Assembly: GCA_965207075.1 (NCBI GenBank)
Contig: CBDBLO010000002.1
Span: 1,056,001 to 1,120,000 of the forward strand
Length of the DNA stretch: 64,000 nucleotides
Source of the DNA: Nitrosopumilus sp.
Lineage (GTDB): Archaea > Thermoproteota > Nitrososphaeria > Nitrososphaerales > Nitrosopumilaceae
Reading direction: 5' to 3'
The notes beneath the pieces were generated by a model. The model did not search any database. It had not been told where the DNA came from and saw only the letters and a program-made list of their open reading frames with translations. This document shows, in pieces, positions 1-9,503 of the stretch (its first letter is position 1; every line of letters begins with the position of its first letter). The position numbers were made by a program, and so were the translations under genes.

Positions 1-435
1 GTCCGTCCCGCACAAAAAGACGCCCCCCGGCCTTAGGAGCCGGTATATCTTTGCAAGGGCGGCGCCAACGGAATCCGCATAATATATCGACTCCATTGCA
101 AGCACATAGTCGAATTTCCGGCCCCTGTACTTCCACTCCTCTATGTCGGCGCAAAGGTACCTCTCCCTTCCGGTGTTGCCCGGATCTGATTCCGCGCGGC
201 TGATCATGTTGGCGCTCTTGTCTATCCCCACGCTGAGCCTGCAGCCGGGGTGCCTGGACGCCACCAGCCTGACGACCCATCCGTTTCCGCACCCGATGTC
301 AAGAAACGTAAACTCGCCCCCGAATCTTGCGGATCTTAGCATTGCAGACACGCTCTTGTAGTGGCCCCTCTGCATGTCTTCGGCCTTGCCGTTGAGGGCC
401 CACGAGTCGAACTTTTGCGCTGTCGCGTCAGGCAT
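1..435 (-). CDS. Class I SAM-dependent methyltransferase (partial, runs off window start)
   Basis: Not in the ORF track. Manual minus-strand translation: MPDATAQKFDSWA...FLDIGCGNGW...VGIDKSANMI...KFDYVLAMESIYY...LLRPGG (motif I and post-II). Confidence 0.85.
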   Translation of the reverse strand, partial: MPDATAQKFDSWALNGKAEDMQRGHYKSVSAMLRSARFGGEFTFLDIGCGNGWVVRLVASRHPGCRLSVGIDKSANMISRAESDPGNTGRERYLCADIEEWKYRGRKFDYVLAMESIYYADSVGAALAKIYRLLRPGGVFLCGTD

Positions 436-701
436 GCTGTGATCACCGGCGCGTTGCGGCATGCCATATATAGTTCAAAATCATCTCCTGCATCCTTCTG
501 GATGATGGGCCGGAGGCCGCCCCGATTGTGCCCGCGCGCGGCAGGCGCCTCAGAGGGCAGGCGGGCCTGCCGCGTCCACAGGTCGTGCTCGCGGCCCTGC
601 CCCGCGCCTCGGCCGATCTTAAAGCCGGGCGACGGCTTGCTGTCCTCCGGCCCCGCCGCCTCTTTCTGCGATCCGACGTGCGCCGCTGCCGCGCGCCGCG
701 G

Positions 702-1949
702 CTACCTCAGCCTGTCTCCGACGAGCCTGAACAGGTGCCTTGCCGCCGTGCCGGGCCTGCGCGCGGCCATTCTCGCCATGTCGAGCACCCCGAACTCCGC
801 CTTTACAAACGAGACGAACTCGCCAGGGGTCATGCCCCTTATGATGTCAAGCTCCCTGTCCCACTGCTCGTCTGAGAGCCCGAGCCACCTGTCCTGTATC
901 CTGCCCGCCGACCTGACGCGCGACTCGATTGCGCTCCGCCATCCCTTCTCGTACGGGAGCAGCATTCTGGACGACGTGTCACCTGCCAGGACCGCCGACG
1001 CGGCGGTGGAGCCGGCCAGCCGCCCAAAGCGGATCGCGTACCTGATGCCCTCCAGTACCAGCGGGTTTGCCTGCCCCGCCGAGTCTCCGACAAGCATCAG
1101 GCCGTCGTATACCGTTCTTCGCGCGAGGCCGTCGTTTGGAATCAGCCCATAGTGGAACTCCGTGACCCTGATGTCTCCCAGGTCCGCTATCGGGCCCTCC
1201 CTGTCTGCGACAAGCCGCTTTAGTATGTGGGTCGGGTCCGCGCCGCTCTCGGGCTTGCCCACCCCCACACCGATCCTGACGGTTTTGCCGCCGACTGGGA
1301 ATATCCACGCGTATCCTGCGGGCGAGTACCTCTGTCCGACCATGAGCCACCACATGTCGGGGTTCACGTTCTCCACCTCTGCCTCGTATTCGGCCCCGGC
1401 CCCGAACCTGTCCCACTGCCATTGCATGCCTGCGGCCCTGGACACTATGGAGGCAAAGCCGCTTGCATCTATGATGACGTCCGCCTTGTGCATGGTGCTC
1501 TGCCCGTCCCTTGCCACCGTCACGCCGCTGATCCTGCCGCCCGGATCCCTCGTGACGCCGGTTACCGCAGCGCCCGTGACGATGCGGGCGCCCGCCCTGC
1601 CCGCCTGCGACGCGAGCCACCTGTACGTGGCCCTCACGTCGAGGACGGCCGCCGTGGGCTCGTCTCCGCCCCCTATGCTGACCGTGTTGTTCGGGGAGCA
1701 GAATGAAAACCCGCTGACTGGGTTGTAGTATTCCTGCGGGATGCCAAACTCCCTGACCTCGTCTATCCAGGTGACGCCGCTTGTCCTGACCGTCTGCGCA
1801 ATGGAATCCTCCTTTTCAAACAGCACGACGCTGGCCCCGCCCGACGCCGCCGCGTACGCCGCGGACGAGCCGGCAGGGCCGCCCCCCACCACTATCACGT
1901 CTGTCCGGCCTTGATTCTGGCCGCTGTCATCTGCCGTGCCTGCAGGCAA
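702..1949 (-). CDS. Geranylgeranyl reductase family FAD oxidoreductase (archaeal lipid saturation)
   Basis: DVIVVGGGPAG, IIDASG, GYAWIFP, LVGDSAGQANPLVLEGI motifs. Confidence 0.85.
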   Translation of the reverse strand: MPAGTADDSGQNQGRTDVIVVGGGPAGSSAAYAAASGGASVVLFEKEDSIAQTVRTSGVTWIDEVREFGIPQEYYNPVSGFSFCSPNNTVSIGGGDEPTAAVLDVRATYRWLASQAGRAGARIVTGAAVTGVTRDPGGRISGVTVARDGQSTMHKADVIIDASGFASIVSRAAGMQWQWDRFGAGAEYEAEVENVNPDMWWLMVGQRYSPAGYAWIFPVGGKTVRIGVGVGKPESGADPTHILKRLVADREGPIADLGDIRVTEFHYGLIPNDGLARRTVYDGLMLVGDSAGQANPLVLEGIRYAIRFGRLAGSTAASAVLAGDTSSRMLLPYEKGWRSAIESRVRSAGRIQDRWLGLSDEQWDRELDIIRGMTPGEFVSFVKAEFGVLDMARMAARRPGTAARHLFRLVGDRLR

Positions 1950-2018
1950 TATGGCGCGTGGGCGCGGCCCCGTTATATTCTAAACATGCGCGGTGCACTC
2001 GCGAGCCACGGCTGGCGC

Positions 2019-2228
2019 CTACTTTTTGAGGACGGGGTTGCCCGCAGTGTCGTTCTCTCTTTCAGCGTCAAAGGTTTCCATGTGCGCTTCGTCCCTGTGC
2101 ATGTAGCTGTGCGTCTTGCCCATCTCCTTGCGGCAAAACTTTGAGTGGACGGTCTCCTGTATCTTTAGCGTGGCCTCGTTGTCGTGGTACAGGCGCTTGC
2201 CGCAGTCGGCGCATACCAGTTCCGGCAT
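2019..2228 (-). CDS. Small zinc-finger-like protein
   Basis: CADC...H..FC pattern; AT-rich TATA-like stretch at ~2247-2258 upstream. Confidence 0.6.
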   Translation of the reverse strand: MPELVCADCGKRLYHDNEATLKIQETVHSKFCRKEMGKTHSYMHRDEAHMETFDAERENDTAGNPVLKK

Positions 2229-2391
2229 GCATCGAGTCTGCGCCGAATCTATTTAGATGTTTCATGGTTGTGCATCCCCGGGCCGGCTCCGGATCTGCGT
2301 GGGCGCCCGGGGCCTTGGAACCTTGGGCCGTGGCCCTGCCGCGGTTCGGATTTGACGGCAGACGTATTAGGTGCCCCGTGCAGCGCGGTTC

Positions 2392-2517
2392 ATGGAAGAT
2401 GCGCAGACTCTCTCCTTTGTGCTGTGGTCGGCAATCACGGGGATGGTGCTGGTCGTATCCGCGCTGTGCTACAAGGCGTATGCCGGACGAAGCCGCAGGG
2501 GGATCGCACCCGCGTGA
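2392..2517 (+). CDS. Putative 41-aa single-pass membrane protein
   Basis: Manual translation MEDAQTLSFVLWSAITGMVLVVSALCYKAYAGRSRRGIAPA: hydrophobic helix followed by a basic tail; below the ORF-track length cutoff. Confidence 0.4.
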   Translation: MEDAQTLSFVLWSAITGMVLVVSALCYKAYAGRSRRGIAPA

Positions 2518-2558
2518 CCGGCACCTGCCTGCATCCTGTCTGCGTGCGGCGGGCCGCG

Positions 2559-3530
2559 TCACTGCTCCTGCTCTTGCTGCCCCCTATCGTGCCGCTCCCT
2601 TATGTGCCTGATTATGCACGTATAGTCGAGCTCCCCGTGCCCCTCCCTGAGCGCCTCGTCGTACACCTTTTCTGCCGCCTTTGTCATCGGCAGATCCGCG
2701 CCTAGCAGGCCTGCCGCGGACGTCATTATTCCTATGTCCTTTCTCAGGTTTGCAAGCGTAAACGTCGGGTCCTGCCGGCCGCTTATCATGTTATAGGCCT
2801 TTTTGCGACTCATCCCCGTGGAGAAGTAGGTGGAGTTCAGCACGTCAAGGAATGTTTTGGGATCGGCCCCGGACCTGTCCACCAGCGTGATTCCCTCCGC
2901 AAGCGAGAGCGCAAGCATGGTTATCTGCATGTTCATTGCAAGCTTGATGGTGTGGGCCGTGCCGGGCTTGTCGCCGAGATAGAATGCGCTCTCTGCCATG
3001 TAGTCAAATACTTGGCTGCACGCGTCAAACGCGACGCGGCTGCCGGACGCCATCACGACCAGCCTTCCCGCCGCGGCCGCGTCGGGGCCGCCCATGACGG
3101 GGGAGTCCACCCTGCCTATGCCGTACCGCGCGTACTCCGCGGTGATCTCCTCTGAGCCTGCCGGATCGATCGTGCTCATGTCTGCCACTGTCAGGCCCCC
3201 GTGACGGCCTTCCACGATCCCGCCGGGGCCGAACGAGACATCTCTGACCGCGTCCGCGTCCTTCACGATTGTAATTACAACGTCGGACTCTCTGGCGACT
3301 GCCGCAGGCGACCTCAGAACCCTGGCCCCAGCGGCCCCTGCAGCTCCCGCGTTCTGGGCGGTCCTGTTGTATGCGGACACCGCGTACGCGCCCGATTCTG
3401 CGAGCCTGACTGCGACGGCGCTTCCGAGCATGCCCGTGCCTACTATTCCGATGCGTGGCCTTGCAGGGCCGGTGCTGGGCGCCTCCGCCTCCTTCCCCCC
3501 CTGCATCTTAACGTCTGCCACGGGCGTCAC
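2559..3530 (-). CDS. NAD(P)-dependent 3-hydroxyisobutyrate/6-phosphogluconate dehydrogenase family oxidoreductase
   Basis: IGIVGTGMLGS, DMSTIDP, DSPVMGG, KLAMN, KDI motifs; a GTG start at 3530 would overlap the upstream stop (GTGA). Confidence 0.85.
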   Translation of the reverse strand: MTPVADVKMQGGKEAEAPSTGPARPRIGIVGTGMLGSAVAVRLAESGAYAVSAYNRTAQNAGAAGAAGARVLRSPAAVARESDVVITIVKDADAVRDVSFGPGGIVEGRHGGLTVADMSTIDPAGSEEITAEYARYGIGRVDSPVMGGPDAAAAGRLVVMASGSRVAFDACSQVFDYMAESAFYLGDKPGTAHTIKLAMNMQITMLALSLAEGITLVDRSGADPKTFLDVLNSTYFSTGMSRKKAYNMISGRQDPTFTLANLRKDIGIMTSAAGLLGADLPMTKAAEKVYDEALREGHGELDYTCIIRHIRERHDRGQQEQEQ

Positions 3531-3970
3531 CTCCTCTCCTCGTCCCTTACTGTCCACTGGCCCCTGCCGAACCTTGACGCGACAAACTCTATCTGTCCCA
3601 CGACCCTGTCGCCCCTCCTGACCTTTGCATAGTCAAACCGCTCCATTCTCAGCACCTTCTCCCTCGGCTTGTACCCGCCCTCGATCACCTTCACCTTGAA
3701 GCGCTTGCTTGCTTTTATGATCATCTTTCTTGCCGTCTGCACGTCGCCTATCCATGAGAACATCTCAAACCTGCCAAAATTTTTCGTCTCGACGCTGTAC
3801 CCGTACAGCCTAGCCTCGAGCTTGATCTTTCTGGCCTCCGCCTGACCGTTGAGCCAGTCGACTACCTCCCTGCCGCTCCCCTCCTCCACGCCAAACGTCT
3901 CCGAGTCCTTCACGCAGTCGATTTGAATGCGGCCGTAATATTGATTCCCTTCCGGCGTGCCGGCGCACAT
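3527..3970 (-). CDS. Hypothetical protein
   Basis: Coding-like composition; apparently coupled to the downstream dehydrogenase. Confidence 0.7.
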   Translation of the reverse strand: MCAGTPEGNQYYGRIQIDCVKDSETFGVEEGSGREVVDWLNGQAEARKIKLEARLYGYSVETKNFGRFEMFSWIGDVQTARKMIIKASKRFKVKVIEGGYKPREKVLRMERFDYAKVRRGDRVVGQIEFVASRFGRGQWTVRDEERR

Positions 3971-4051
3971 GCTGCTTGGCGCCGCGCCGGTTCGTGGATT
4001 GCCGGTTATGCCGGCCCGCCGTTTGAGCCGCCCGAGTCTGTGGCAGCAACT

Positions 4052-5434
4052 CAGTCAACCCAACAGCGTCCCCAAACGGCTGGTTAGGGCGGCGGCTTCG
4101 GCGGCGGCTTCGGCGGCCTTGGAGGCAGCGTGCGGGCTAGGATGCGCAGCAGAATGTACGTGGTCATCTCGTCCTGCGTTACCACGGGCGTCCCGTCCCA
4201 GTCCGGATGATCCTGCGCGTTCTGGGCCGCGTGCAGTATGTTGAACATCACCCACGCGTTGAACAGCATGATCCCGTAAAGGAAGCAGAACGCGCGCAGC
4301 TCCGCGTTCTTGGACCGGGTCTTTGGCCTCGCGTGCTCGATCATCCTGTACCCCGTCTCGACGCCCCAGCGCCGGGAGTATTCCTCGACGTCGAGGTCGG
4401 GGTTGTTCGTAGCAAACATGATGTAGCGCTCGTGCGGCGGCAGGTCAGGATCGTCGTAATCCGCGCCGCCGCCGGCGCGCCTCTTGCGCACTGCAATGAC
4501 TCCCGTGTACCGGACGCAGTTGTATCCGTCCGATATGACGACCTCCGACCTGGACCCGCGCATGCCGGCTGCAAACCTGTTGATCTCCTCCACGACGGTC
4601 GTGGTGTTCCTGCACGGTATGATGTAGTCGATGTTTTCGTCGGCCAGCACCCTCATCACGGACGTGTCAAAGAACTCCCTGTCGGCCATCAGGACTCCGA
4701 TCCCGACCCCGTGCCCCCTGCATATTGTGACCAGTTTTCGTAGGTAATCCGCGCTGTCCTCCAGCGCCGGCATCGGAAGCGCCCCGAGCGTCAGCCTGGC
4801 CCCCGGGGTCACCGACTGGATCGTAAAGTAGCGCTCAAACCACTGCGTCCCGTCCTTCCACCTGGACCTGTGGAGCTCGGGCCCGCGCTCCTTGTCGTAC
4901 CTCGGTATGAGGTGCATGTCTATTGCCACGTCGAGCCTGCCCGGCAGGAGCCCCCGGTCGCGGAGCAGGTCCAGGTTCGCGTCGAGCTCCTCCCGAAACG
5001 CCGCAAGCGCCGTGCCGGGCCTGATCCTCGCGAGGTGCTTTCGCTGCCACTCGCCGCAGGGCATGGCCGCCTCCGCCTCCGCGAGCCTCCTCCCTATGAT
5101 CCTGTTGTGCGCTCTCCTTGCAGAGTCCGCGCGCCCGGACGAGGACGAGCTGAATACCCCGCCCAGCAGCAGCCCGTCGTTCAGGTGCCCCTCCGTGAAC
5201 ACGGCGTTCGGGGCATGCGAGACGGGCAGCATGCGCGCCACTATCCCCTCCATGGTCCCGACGACACTTTCATAAACGTCGATCCGTGACGTCATATCGC
5301 GTTCCAGTGGTCCTGTTGTCACGAAGAGTTCCGTTGGAACGCCCTCTTATAGATCTATACGCGCAGATACTTTTGACATGCGCTGAAGCCGGTGCCAAAA
5401 ACCAGTTAGTCTGGCCTAACTATTGGCTTGACTG
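4052..5434 (-). mobile_element. Intact ISH3-family (IS4-like) insertion sequence, 1383 bp
   Basis: TIRs CAGTCAACCCAACAG (4052-4066) and reverse complement CAGTCAAGCCAATAG (5420-5434), 13/15 match; 5-bp target duplication CAACT at 4047-4051 and 5435-5439. Confidence 0.9.
4084..5322 (-). CDS. ISH3-family DDE transposase
   Basis: AIDMHLIPRY, MADREFF, YSRRWGVETGYR (YREK-like) motifs. Confidence 0.9.
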   Translation of the reverse strand: MTTGPLERDMTSRIDVYESVVGTMEGIVARMLPVSHAPNAVFTEGHLNDGLLLGGVFSSSSSGRADSARRAHNRIIGRRLAEAEAAMPCGEWQRKHLARIRPGTALAAFREELDANLDLLRDRGLLPGRLDVAIDMHLIPRYDKERGPELHRSRWKDGTQWFERYFTIQSVTPGARLTLGALPMPALEDSADYLRKLVTICRGHGVGIGVLMADREFFDTSVMRVLADENIDYIIPCRNTTTVVEEINRFAAGMRGSRSEVVISDGYNCVRYTGVIAVRKRRAGGGADYDDPDLPPHERYIMFATNNPDLDVEEYSRRWGVETGYRMIEHARPKTRSKNAELRAFCFLYGIMLFNAWVMFNILHAAQNAQDHPDWDGTPVVTQDEMTTYILLRILARTLPPRPPKPPPKPPP

Positions 5435-5478
5435 CAACTGCGCCAAGACTAAAATTGCATCGTGTGGCATGCGGCGCA

Positions 5479-5862
5479 ATGCTCGTGGTTGACTGCAAGG
5501 ACGTGCTGCCCATACGAAACGAGCTGCTGGTGTACGTCTCCGATCAGGTGGCCGCCATACCTACCCTGCAGAACAACCAGTTCACCCTCTCGACGCTTGA
5601 CGAGGACGAGGACGGCGGCTCCCGGATCGACGCCGGCACGGTGGTCGACTCGATCAGGGAGTTTCTTGACTCGATTGGCGAGGGCCGTAACTTTGCAGTA
5701 ATCGCAAACAACGACGTAATTACGATCGCGTCCGTGACCGGGAGGCCGATAGAGCGTGACTCGTCCCCATCCCCGCAGGAGATGTTCAACTGCAGCCACT
5801 GCGGGTTCGTCACGCGGTACGAGACGGAACTGAACGTCCATATGCGCATCCACTACTTTTAG
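5479..5862 (+). CDS. Protein with C-terminal C2H2 zinc finger
   Basis: CSHCGFVTRYETELNVHMRIHY; ATG 5479 chosen because the longer start lies in the IS end. Confidence 0.8.
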   Translation: MLVVDCKDVLPIRNELLVYVSDQVAAIPTLQNNQFTLSTLDEDEDGGSRIDAGTVVDSIREFLDSIGEGRNFAVIANNDVITIASVTGRPIERDSSPSPQEMFNCSHCGFVTRYETELNVHMRIHYF

Positions 5863-6041
5863 TCCGCGCGGGGGTCCGGCATGCTGATGGCATCGGTGCG
5901 GCCTGCGCTATGGTTGTGCGGCATGTCTCCGGTGCTGGGAGCCGGCGGCACTGGCACGTGCAAGTGCTTGAGTCGCGCGCCGCCTTGCCGTCACCGCTGC
6001 GGCGGCCTGACTTTTATAAACAACGCTGCCGCATATCATAC

Positions 6042-6266
6042 ATGCCCGAGTCAGAGAACAGGGGGACGTCCAAGGTATACTGCGAGTCATGCGATCGGGT
6101 CTTTGATTCGCGCAAGCAGTATGAGATGCACTTTGGAAGCTCGTCGTACACGTCTGGCCGGTGCGGCAAAAGCCGCAGTGACGGGGGCACGGGCGACATC
6201 TCTTGCGATTCCTGCCCGCTTGACACCGCCATCTCAAAGCTTTTGGGACTCTTCAGGCGTAGATAG
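6042..6266 (+). CDS. Small zinc-finger protein
   Basis: YCESCDRVFDSRKQYEMH...CDSCP; TATA box TTTTATAAA at ~6012-6020. Confidence 0.7.
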   Translation: MPESENRGTSKVYCESCDRVFDSRKQYEMHFGSSSYTSGRCGKSRSDGGTGDISCDSCPLDTAISKLLGLFRRR

Positions 6267-6931
6267 GGATTCTGAGCGCCCGATTCTGCCATGCTCGTAC
6301 GCGCGCCGTGCCGTGAAACCCGGCAGGCTGAGATCACGTCGGTCTTACAGTGGGTGGTCCGGGACCGCAGTGCGCGCGTAATGTCTGCGGCCTGCATTCC
6401 TCCCGCTTGCCTGTCGGACTCGTAAAAGCCGTGGTTTGTGTTCGTTTGTATGGAAAAGGATCCGCCATTGGGGGAGGGGGGGGGGGGAGGGGAGACGTGT
6501 GGGTTGTATGGCACGTCGGATATCATTCGTACTTTCCCAGCTTGGGCCTTCCAATGCACCTTGTAGCTCTCCGAAGAGTTGCCTGCATCCCTTTTTTCTT
6601 ATCGGCCGCTGCCATGCCTGCAAAAAATACGCTGGCGGGGCGCGGCAGGCAGAAGGCTGTCTCCCGCGACGCGGCAATGTCTGGCGCTCCCCTCCCCCCT
6701 CCAAGGCGCCGATATGGTTTGACTCGCCCCTGCATGACGCCGTTGGTTTGTTTAAAGGGGGCTTCCTTGGCTGCCTTTGGCCGTTTGTTCCCCGCGGTAG
6801 CACCCCTTGCGGCAGCTGGGTGCGCCGGCGCACGGCTGGTTTATGGACTGCATGCTGGGATTTGATGTGGAGGGATCTGAACGGTTGCAACTGCCTTGCG
6901 GCAAGTCTTTTTATAAGAACGCGCGGGCGTC

Positions 6932-7639
6932 ATGCGCGTGGCAGGAAAGAAGGCTCCCGTGATTGCCGTCGCGATAGTTGCCGTCGCGGTAGTTGCCGCC
7001 GTCGCCTCTGTAATGATGGAATCCGGCACGGCACCCGCCGCGGACGTGGCAGGGGACGACACCCCGGCGCCCTACCCGGACAGGGTATACGGCGGCATCG
7101 ACACAAGCAACGGCTCGCCGATTCTGGGCGACCCGTCTGCGCCGGTCACGATAGTGGAGTTTGGGGACTACCAGTGCCACTTTTGCGAGATATGGCACAG
7201 CCAGACCCTGCCGCCCCTGGTGGATGACTTCATATCTACAGGCAAGGCCAAGCTGGTGTTTGTGGACTTTGCGTTTCTAGGAAATGACTCTCCTGGCGCG
7301 GCGCAGGCCTCTCATTGCGCCGGTGATCAGGGCATGTACTGGGAATACCACGACATGCTGTACGAGTCGCAGCAGAGCCGGATAGACGGGGGATGGGCGT
7401 CGCCTGCGAACCTGAGGGGCTTTGCAGTGCAGGTGGGCCTTGACATTGACACCTTCAACGAGTGCATGTCGTCTAAAAAATACGCCGAACGCGTCTCCTT
7501 TAACACCCGGACGGGGGCCGGGCATGGCGTGGATGCGACCCCGGCATTCTTTATAGTGGGTGGTAGCGGGGACTCGGTGATGATCCCCGGGGCGCAGCCG
7601 TACGGCACCTTCATCCAGGTGATCAACTCGCTGAGCTGA
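6932..7639 (+). CDS. DsbA-family thioredoxin-fold protein with N-terminal membrane anchor
   Basis: LGDPSAPVTIVEFGDYQCHFC, GVDATP, GAQPY; TATA-like TTTTTATAA at ~6908-6916. Confidence 0.9.
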   Translation: MRVAGKKAPVIAVAIVAVAVVAAVASVMMESGTAPAADVAGDDTPAPYPDRVYGGIDTSNGSPILGDPSAPVTIVEFGDYQCHFCEIWHSQTLPPLVDDFISTGKAKLVFVDFAFLGNDSPGAAQASHCAGDQGMYWEYHDMLYESQQSRIDGGWASPANLRGFAVQVGLDIDTFNECMSSKKYAERVSFNTRTGAGHGVDATPAFFIVGGSGDSVMIPGAQPYGTFIQVINSLS

Positions 7640-7648
7640 TGACCCGTC

Positions 7649-8113
7649 ATGCTGCGCATGGTGTTTTCTGACGCAAGGTTTTCTGCAATGGCGGCCGCGG
7701 TATTTGCCGTCCTGGCATTCGCCCTGCTGTTCATGTCCGAGTATATTTTTCTGGAGCCATATCTTGTTGGGCACGTTCCAAGGGACAGCGAGCTGGGGCT
7801 GGCGCTGATAATACTGATTGCCGCAATGTCCGCGGTGGCAATCCCTGCAAACGTGTACCGCGTCGTCATGCTGAGCAGCCCGGGGCGGAAGATGGGTGGC
7901 GGAATCGCCGGCTCCGTGCTGGGCACGGCCGCGGGAGCCTGCAGCTGCGGACCGGTAGGATTTGCCGTAATCTCCACCTTTGGGACGGTGGGAGCAACTG
8001 CCACGGCGTTCCTTACAGAGTACGAGCTGCCGCTTCGGATCGTCTCCGCCTGCATCCTGGCCCTGACCCTTGTAACCACCCACCGGTCGTTCTCGGCCGA
8101 GTGCCGGTTCTAG
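7649..8113 (+). CDS. Multi-pass membrane protein
   Basis: About four hydrophobic segments, GACSCG motif; 9 bp after the dsbA-like gene. Confidence 0.75.
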   Translation: MLRMVFSDARFSAMAAAVFAVLAFALLFMSEYIFLEPYLVGHVPRDSELGLALIILIAAMSAVAIPANVYRVVMLSSPGRKMGGGIAGSVLGTAAGACSCGPVGFAVISTFGTVGATATAFLTEYELPLRIVSACILALTLVTTHRSFSAECRF

Positions 8114-8394
8114 CCCGCTGCGTGACTATATTTTGATCAAATTGACAACTTTTTCTAATCACGATGCATATCTTGCAGCTGCGTGCACGGTACATTGTGA
8201 CACATCTCTATGTTCCCGTCAGGCCCGGGCGCCGGGCTCCCGACTATGACGGGTCAGAGGAATCGGCGGCAGAAGAGTCGGAATAGCGGATCGTATTCCT
8301 GCGTGTGCTTCTTGCCGTCGGCATGGACGCGCAGGGCGCCGGCTCGACGTGCCCGTTTTTGATCTATTTATGTGACCGCACGGGACGGTTCCAC

Positions 8395-9381
8395 ATGGCC
8401 TGGAATCTGAAGCTTGCGGCCGCGATATTGATCGTGTCGGGGCCGATACTCTTTGCAGTCGTTGCGTACCCTGAGTCCATAACGTGGAGCTGGAACGAGG
8501 GGCGGGGCGGATACCTGTTCGGGCTGATATTCGTGGTGGCTGAGTTGGCGGGCCTCAAGCTTGCAGTTTCTGAAAGGCGGCTGGCCGCAGCCGCGCCTCT
8601 CGCGGCCGCAACAATTGCATACCTGTATCTGCTGGAAAACGGGCTGCGGGATCAGATAACTGAGGCCTCGTCCCAGTTTGACGTCCAGCTCGTATACTCG
8701 TGGACGTGGATGTGGGACTTTGTGATAATGGCCGTCTTTATGGTGGCCGCGCTGCATGTGATATTTGGCAGGAGGTGGTTTAGAATCGCGCCGGCGGGCC
8801 CGATATTTCTGACCGGCACCGCGATAATACTGTCGCTTGACGCGTTCTTTCCGTATGACACGCTGGGCCCGCTGCAGTACGTCGTGCCGTATCTGGTCCA
8901 GGCAAACGTCTGGCTTGTCGAGGCGCTTGATCTCGGCACCGCGATTGCACGCGACAACCTGATGCTTCTGAGGGGTGACCACGGCTCGATCGCGCTCCGC
9001 GTGTTCTGGCCGTCGGCAGGGGTGCACAGTGTAGTCATATTCTCGCTTGTAATCGGCGCGTTCATGCTGAAGATGAACATTCCGCGGGGCCGCAAGCTGG
9101 CATACTTTGGGATCGGCATTGCTGGCACCATTGTGGTGAACATGATACGCATATTCTCCTTGTCGTGGTACGCGCTCAAGGTCACGGCCGATCCCGTGGC
9201 ATGGGAAGAGTACCACAAGATTGCCGGCGAGATAATGTTCCTGCCTTGGCTCTTTGGGTTCATACTTGTGGTGATTGCAATAGAGTCGCGGCGGCTCAGG
9301 AGGCAGGAGGCGGCCGAGTCCAGGGCTGCCTCTTCTGGCCGCGGCGGCGTCGGCGGCGTCGGCGGCGTCGGAGAGGACTAG
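8395..9381 (+). CDS. Thaumarchaeosortase (archaeosortase/exosortase family)
   Basis: Polytopic membrane protein with VFWPSAGVHS (Ser at the usual Cys position), NMIRI and YHKIAGE. Confidence 0.85.
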   Translation: MAWNLKLAAAILIVSGPILFAVVAYPESITWSWNEGRGGYLFGLIFVVAELAGLKLAVSERRLAAAAPLAAATIAYLYLLENGLRDQITEASSQFDVQLVYSWTWMWDFVIMAVFMVAALHVIFGRRWFRIAPAGPIFLTGTAIILSLDAFFPYDTLGPLQYVVPYLVQANVWLVEALDLGTAIARDNLMLLRGDHGSIALRVFWPSAGVHSVVIFSLVIGAFMLKMNIPRGRKLAYFGIGIAGTIVVNMIRIFSLSWYALKVTADPVAWEEYHKIAGEIMFLPWLFGFILVVIAIESRRLRRQEAAESRAASSGRGGVGGVGGVGED

Positions 9382-9503
9382 CGGCCGCACAATCTGCCAC
9401 AGACAGCGCATGCCGCCCGCCTCACGTCGCGCCCCCCCCACACCGCCGTTGTCACCGGCGTCTGCCATGCGCAACTGGTTCTGCCTGGGCCGCCATCTTG
9501 CCG

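Noticed and set aside
6270-6930. Possible structured RNA (RNase P, SRP, TPP riboswitch) here or at 26463-26950; shared 14-mer AAGAGTTGCCTGCA
   Set aside because: No hallmark motifs recognised, and the 14-mer match does not extend.
8990-9030. Ser replacing the catalytic Cys of the sortase as a novelty
   Set aside because: A described feature of the thaumarchaeosortase subfamily.
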